Source of the DNA: Candidatus Nomurabacteria bacterium
GTDB lineage: Bacteria; Patescibacteriota; Minisyncoccia; Phycocordibacterales; UBA9973
Assembly (NCBI GenBank): GCA_025361085.1
Contig: JANYAX010000012.1
Location: 255-64,254, forward strand
Length of the DNA: 64,000 nt
Direction: 5' to 3'
Shown here: one piece after another, positions 59,801 to 64,000 of the stretch
How the letters are laid out: each line of letters opens with the position of its first letter
Position numbering within the stretch: the stretch's first letter is position 1
The notes under the pieces: generated by a model
What the model was told of the DNA's origin: nothing
The model's input: only the letters and a program-made list of their open reading frames with translations
Databases searched by the model: none
Position numbers and translations under genes: made by a program

Positions 59801-62186
59801 CACCTGCGCCAGCTGTTCCAGTAACAGTATATGAATTAACTACAAAATTGGCTGTAACTGTATTAGCTGAAGTCATGACAACAGTACATGTTCCTGTACC
59901 AGAACAACCCCCACCACTCCAACCAGAAAATGTCGAACCTGTTGATGGTGATGCCGTGAGAGTAACCGAAGTATTATAATTAAATGCAGTTGAACAAGTT
60001 GCTCCACAATTAATTCCAGCAGGATTCGAAGTTACTGTTCCAGAACCGGTGCCAGCTTTGGTAACAGTGAGAGAATATGTATTAATTGTAAATGTTGCGG
60101 TACAAGTTTTTGAAGCATTCATTGTTACTGAACCATCTGTACAATCGGCATCACCACTCCAACCAGAAAATATTGAACCTGTACTTGCCGAAGCTGTCAT
60201 ATTCACAACTGTCCCAGAGTTATAGGTTCCAGCTCCAGTAACAGTTCCCGAGCCAGTACCTGCTTTATTTATCGTGAGAGTATAAGTTGGTAATGTTGTG
60301 AAAGTCCCCTGACTCGAATACCCTGGTCCTGGTACATTTGAAGCAAAACCAAAATAGTAATACAAAGTATTTGGTGATAAACCTGAAATGTTTAGAGAAT
60401 ATGTTCCTGTTATAGAACATGTAGTAGAACCACTATAAGTCGAAGGATTCGGTGAAATCCCCCAATAAAACCCACAATAAGGAGCAACAAGAGTAGCAGG
60501 AAATCCGAGCGAAGTGATATTCGCTCCTAGAGTTGCAGTTGTCGAAGTAATATTTGTTGCTGTTGGACTCGTAACAGTAGGAACTACATTGGGAGAAACA
60601 CAAGTCGAAGTTGCGCTATTCCAAACTGTTCCAGATGCACAAGAAACTGTGATACCTAAAGTGGCAAGCGTATTATCTACAGCTCCTCCATTATTTTCTC
60701 CATCAACTTTGTTAATTGAGGAAAGAGTTGTCGAACCGCTGTTGGCTCCATTGGTAATGATCCCACTTCCACTCAAGGTAAGACCTGTTCCTGAATTGCC
60801 CGTCGTTATAGCAGAGCCTCCTATTTTCAATGCAGTCGGAACTCCAGAATATGGGTTAGTTGTATCCCATGCTAAAGTTGACATCGAGCAACTCCCCGCC
60901 CCTGACGCAATAGTGCAAGAAGATCCACCACCTCCTGGAATGAGTATTCCTGATTGACCGAAAACAGTGACTACTGGAGAAGTTGCATTATCACAAATTA
61001 ATCGGAAATTATTAGTATTATCATTTATGGATACATTGGCTCTATTGCCAGGAGTATCTTGGGTGTATGTCTTAACCAAAGATCCATTTTTTTCCAAAGA
61101 ACAATTTTTACCTGATGGAAGTCCTGAGATTACAGCATACAAATATGTGTCTGAAAGAGGAGTTCCTTTCCCCACTGCCACTAAATCTTTCGTTGGATCT
61201 GAAAGAAGTCCTAAAGAAATTGAAATAGAAGGAGAAAATGTTGCAGTTACCGTACAATTAGCATTTATGGCTCCAGTTGTATATGTATTACCTGATAATG
61301 ATCCACTGCAACCTGTGACTGATGAAATGCTGTATCCTGAATCAGGAGTAACGGTGAAATAAGTTGTGTAACCTGGTGTAACAGATCTAGAAGATGGAGA
61401 AATAGAACCTCCTGAACCAGCAGTAGCCGTTACAGTATAAAGACTAGAAGAAACACATTGATTTGATCCATTATCCCAATATGAACCAGCCATGCAATAA
61501 GCATGTGCAGTTTTAGAATCGAGTTGAATACCATTATGATAAAGTCGATAATTCACCCCACCAGAAGCTTGAGAAATATATTCTAAAACTGACCCTGAGG
61601 TAGATGTGCCAATTACGTTATAACCAATATTAGGATAATTCATTCTGTCCATTTCGACAGAACTTGTCGCATTGTAAACATTCCAGCTAACGGTAGAATA
61701 ACAACCAAACTCTCCTATATCCATATAACAATCTGAAGCATTAATGGAACCAGAAACAGGACCAGGGCCACCTCCGCCCCCAACAGTAACAGTTATACTA
61801 CTAGAAGACTGTGTATACAAAGAAGCTGTACAAGTTACCGTAAAAGTCGTAGTTTTTAATATGTTAAAATTCTGTGAACTTACCCCATTACCTTGTGCCG
61901 CAAATGCAATTTTCGTCTTAAACCAATCAAATAAATTTTTATTATAATTATCGAGATTAACTCCTACAACAGGGGCTCCATCACTAGAAGCTGATGCTGT
62001 ACAGGTAGCAGTAGCTGGAGTAACATTCCAAGAGATAGTCACTGTTCCTCCTCCAGAAGGAAGGGGAGATGGCGGCGATGCTGTAAGACTATTGAAAGTA
62101 ATAGCCGCAGCCTCTACTCCTCTTGCAAAAAAAATTGAGCATAAAAACAAAATGGAAAGAAGAGATATTTGTAATACTTTTTTCAT
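56841..62186 (-). CDS. Large secreted Ser/Thr/Cys-rich repeat surface protein (InlB B-repeat-like and Ig-like modules)
   Basis: Signal peptide; repeated YTLTV.K.GTGSGTV..F.GWSG.C and C.SGT.WDG.KC modules. Confidence 0.85.
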   Translation of the reverse strand: MKKVLQISLLSILFLCSIFFARGVEAAAITFNSLTASPPSPLPSGGGTVTISWNVTPATATCTASASSDGAPVVGVNLDNYNKNLFDWFKTKIAFAAQGNGVSSQNFNILKTTTFTVTCTASLYTQSSSSITVTVGGGGGPGPVSGSINASDCYMDIGEFGCYSTVSWNVYNATSSVEMDRMNYPNIGYNVIGTSTSGSVLEYISQASGGVNYRLYHNGIQLDSKTAHAYCMAGSYWDNGSNQCVSSSLYTVTATAGSGGSISPSSRSVTPGYTTYFTVTPDSGYSISSVTGCSGSLSGNTYTTGAINANCTVTATFSPSISISLGLLSDPTKDLVAVGKGTPLSDTYLYAVISGLPSGKNCSLEKNGSLVKTYTQDTPGNRANVSINDNTNNFRLICDNATSPVVTVFGQSGILIPGGGGSSCTIASGAGSCSMSTLAWDTTNPYSGVPTALKIGGSAITTGNSGTGLTLSGSGIITNGANSGSTTLSSINKVDGENNGGAVDNTLATLGITVSCASGTVWNSATSTCVSPNVVPTVTSPTATNITSTTATLGANITSLGFPATLVAPYCGFYWGISPNPSTYSGSTTCSITGTYSLNISGLSPNTLYYYFGFASNVPGPGYSSQGTFTTLPTYTLTINKAGTGSGTVTGAGTYNSGTVVNMTASASTGSIFSGWSGDADCTDGSVTMNASKTCTATFTINTYSLTVTKAGTGSGTVTSNPAGINCGATCSTAFNYNTSVTLTASPSTGSTFSGWSGGGCSGTGTCTVVMTSANTVTANFVVNSYTVTGTAGAGGTISPATRTVNYGGTTTFTVTPNTNSAIKSVTGCSGSLSGNTYTTGAITADCTVTATFMYGSLTAPNCVIVSGSNNCTSNITWTTTNPIGTSAITSDVNNSNVSTPNFTVYSGNSGTNQSVTVYYSSRNLYLYNNSVLLSQATANASCVSGTTWDGLKCAPLSVTLTASPTSIAYNDSSTLTWSSTNATSCTASGGWSGSKGTSGSVSTGALTADTTFTLSCTGLNSTSGSASTTVTVGSSGSITASDCTIASGASSCSSTLNWSTSNPKATSQVTTPTSITVANGNSGSTTYTVAYGSRTFYLYNSVLLAQATANASCVSGTVWDTLKCVPSNYTVSGTAGTGGTISPATRTVNYGSTTTFTVTPNSGYIASASGCAGSLSGTIYTTGTITSNCTVSATFIQMTGTLTPASSTCTIATGASSCTTPTLSWTTTNPIGTSAVTSATGTPSPANGNSGSQTFTAPYNVSGVIFNLYNNSVLLAQATVNTNCAANNHWDGTKCVIDSYTLTISKIGSGTGTVTSNPAGINCGATCSTSFNYNTPVTATATPDASSTFVSWSGDCNASGQVTMNANKICTATFTLKPTGNISATSCIITAGASTCNSTLNWTTANLTANPTAVTKNNPIGTTISALTSGTNVPNAINFGSTTFYLYHNVVLLSQSQVVTATCDSLSTWDSTNMKCTTPSGIVTTTPSSCEIGAGESSCSSTIKWQTLYPLATATSSVTTPTNITIGTPANTNTIGVSYAVEYGGRTFFLYHNGVKLDEKTVNATCTNTPVQTFWDGSKCVVPSGEISTPGCSIIADHSSCTAGLSWSVTNPIGNSSLTANPGNLTVVNSTPAVSGTASFDISHLENKILNLYSGGQLVKTINTTATCANNTTWDGAKCKLNLPGGGDDIFTFTADPETIFQGGVSTLIWKSTIADSCSITSSTAGEVVNTQGRTDSNDIPPVKVSPKVNTTYTLKCNNSTGTGTKEIKTKVIDLIIKER

Positions 62187-62347
62187 ATTTTTAAAAAATA
62201 AAAACTTAAAATTAATAAACTTGAGTAAATTTTAACTATATTAATTATAACATTAAAAGAAATAAAAAAATAGAAGAATGGGCAAAAAGAATAGCCGTTG
62301 CATAAAGTAACGGCTTCTTTTTTTTAAACCAATTAAGGATGTCTTCA

Positions 62348-63313
62348 TCAAAATTTGGGATGAACATATGTATCTTCAATCCAAATTTTACCAACAGAGT
62401 CAGCATAAACTTTTATTGACTCATATCGACAGACTAATGTGTCCGTGCTAACTTTGATTAAAGTCCTTTCCCCAAAACCGTTTATTTTGTTCCCATTTAA
62501 CTTCCATTCACCCGTCCACATGCGTGGTTCGCTACCACAAAGAATCTCTCCTTTGTCTACTTTCACAGTTTGGTCAGGAAAAAATGTCAGAATATCATCT
62601 GCTAAACAAGGAAAGTCTTCGGCAGTGAGAGAAACTACCCATGGGCCAATATTTGGCGTAGGAGAATCTCTGCTAAAAATCCACATCCATGAACCAAAAT
62701 AGCTGAGTAGATCTTCATCGGCCGGAGGAAGGACTTCGATGTTCACGCTATCGTAAGCGATTTCACCACCTTTACCATAACCCCGTACAAAATAATTGCC
62801 GGTAGACGTTAAACCTTGGGCAATAAATGTTTGGGACATGCCAGATTTTGATAACCCTGGTATGTTTGTTTCAATAGAGTCCACATATTCGAGAGCAATA
62901 TTGAAAGTAGAGTTACCTCTGTATTTTACAACGAGAGGATTTGCGCTGATTCGGACAGTAGGTGCAGGAACCTGCAACTTTGGTGTTACCACTAAGGAGC
63001 CTTCGATAGTTTTACCATTTTCTGTGACACAAATAATAACTACTTCTTGTTTACCTTTTAATGAATCAATATCGTATGAATCATTCGGTTTGCTTGAAAT
63101 TTTTATTTTGTTCACATAAACTGAAACTTCTTTGAATTCTCCAGTAACATTCCAATTTACCTTACACGAACTCAGGTATTCCGGCGTCGTAGAAGGCAGA
63201 GCAATAAACGAAATTACAGGATCAGGATGAACTACAACAATAGGTTCTTTTTCACATCCTACAAGTAGCAGGGAAAGAAAAAGACCGGCGAGAAAGAAAT
63301 AAGTCTTTTTCAT
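62348..63313 (-). CDS. Lipoprotein with C-terminal lipocalin-like domain
   Basis: Lipobox LLVG-C followed by EKE; C..DD..TF..D..V..D.G...C pattern. Confidence 0.7.
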   Translation of the reverse strand: MKKTYFFLAGLFLSLLLVGCEKEPIVVVHPDPVISFIALPSTTPEYLSSCKVNWNVTGEFKEVSVYVNKIKISSKPNDSYDIDSLKGKQEVVIICVTENGKTIEGSLVVTPKLQVPAPTVRISANPLVVKYRGNSTFNIALEYVDSIETNIPGLSKSGMSQTFIAQGLTSTGNYFVRGYGKGGEIAYDSVNIEVLPPADEDLLSYFGSWMWIFSRDSPTPNIGPWVVSLTAEDFPCLADDILTFFPDQTVKVDKGEILCGSEPRMWTGEWKLNGNKINGFGERTLIKVSTDTLVCRYESIKVYADSVGKIWIEDTYVHPKF

Positions 63314-63484
63314 TATCGTGATTTTTAATTGATTTATTTTTATGTTAAAGGATTTTTTCTTTTTATAATAAATGCTTATTTATAGGCATTTATTGGAACA
63401 AATCCAAACAATATGTATTTAGTCTAATTATCTAAGTAATATTGATTTTTGTCAAGGACTTATCCCCCTCTTATCCACAGATGG

Positions 63485-63524
63485 ATCAAAAACCCTTTAA
63501 ACTTAAGTTTAAAGGGTTTTTGAT
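63485..63524. terminator. Perfect 40-bp palindrome, likely terminator
   Basis: ATCAAAAACCCTTTAAACTT-AAGTTTAAAGGGTTTTTGAT downstream of the partial gene. Confidence 0.65.
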
Positions 63525-63549
63525 GATAAGTTGCTAATATATTCAGCTC

Positions 63550-64000
63550 CTATTTTTCTTTTAATTTAAAACCATTGACAATAACTGTGACATAATCGGT
63601 ATCTGTCGTTCCATCCTTGATACAGACAATTCCGTAAGTTGTCGTTACCAATGGGCTAACCTGCACTGGGTTGTTATCAGGATCACTATCTGGCTTTCCT
63701 TCTGTATCAAAGTACCCATACCCAGGCATAGCTGTACATCGGCTTGCGTTTGATTTCCAAGTTAAAAGTGAAGTTCTGCCTTTGAAAATTTTCGCTGGAG
63801 TAGCAGTGAGAGTTGCATTTAATTTGTTTCCATCTTTGTCTCCGTCAACTTTACAATTTTGTGCAAAACAAAATCTCGAGTCAGTTCCATTACCAGTCAC
63901 AGTACAAGAGCGTGTTCTTGTTTGGACTCCACTTTCACTACAATCTATTGCACTACATGAACTCCAATTTCCATAAGTACAGGTGCCATCGGTTCCATCT
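63550..64000 (-). CDS. C-terminal part of a second surface protein with a thrombospondin type-1-like repeat (5' end outside window)
   Basis: Frame open to the window edge: CTYGNWSSCSAIDCSESGVQTRTRSC; C-terminal domain resembles that of 56841-62186. Confidence 0.8.
   Translation of the reverse strand, partial: DGTDGTCTYGNWSSCSAIDCSESGVQTRTRSCTVTGNGTDSRFCFAQNCKVDGDKDGNKLNATLTATPAKIFKGRTSLLTWKSNASRCTAMPGYGYFDTEGKPDSDPDNNPVQVSPLVTTTYGIVCIKDGTTDTDYVTVIVNGFKLKEK

Noticed and set aside
56841-62186. DGR template/variable repeat pair
   Set aside because: The repeats are coding-module duplications without an evident adenine-specific mismatch pattern, and no reverse transcriptase is in the window
63471-63479. 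Perfect DnaA box TTATCCACA suggesting oriC
   Set aside because: Single box, no cluster, and no dnaA or dnaN nearby

Overview
AT-rich bacterial chromosome segment, genetic code 11. Gene content points to Patescibacteria/CPR, probably Parcubacteria (inference): no rpmD/L30 at its usual position, a stand-alone VirB4/TraD-like ATPase, a CPR-type Cys-rich protein and near-leaderless genes. In order, the window holds tRNA-Ser, a MarR/two-adaptor/DHA2 efflux operon, a two-component pair, recG, tRNA-Ile(UAU) next to hicBA, ftsH, smpB-tmRNA and a nine-gene de novo purine cluster. It continues with a phosphohexomutase, infC-rpmI-rplT, a beta-lactamase-like protein, a beta-CASP nuclease, ndk, the tuf-S10-spc-secY-adk-pyrH-map cluster and large Cys/Thr-rich surface proteins. 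The ribosomal cluster is broken twice: by a pyrD/C/E/F island between rplB and rpsS, and by a membrane-protein gene plus a long structured leader before rpsN. The most unusual signals are non-coding. They are a 3x58-bp tandem array and a duplicated hairpin motif around rpsN, a structured element after tmRNA carrying inverted and direct copies of the tmRNA 3' end, a 6S-like rod-shaped RNA with its own promoter and terminator, and several short palindromic elements, some inserted in frame in conserved genes. All calls were made by eye, without database searches.
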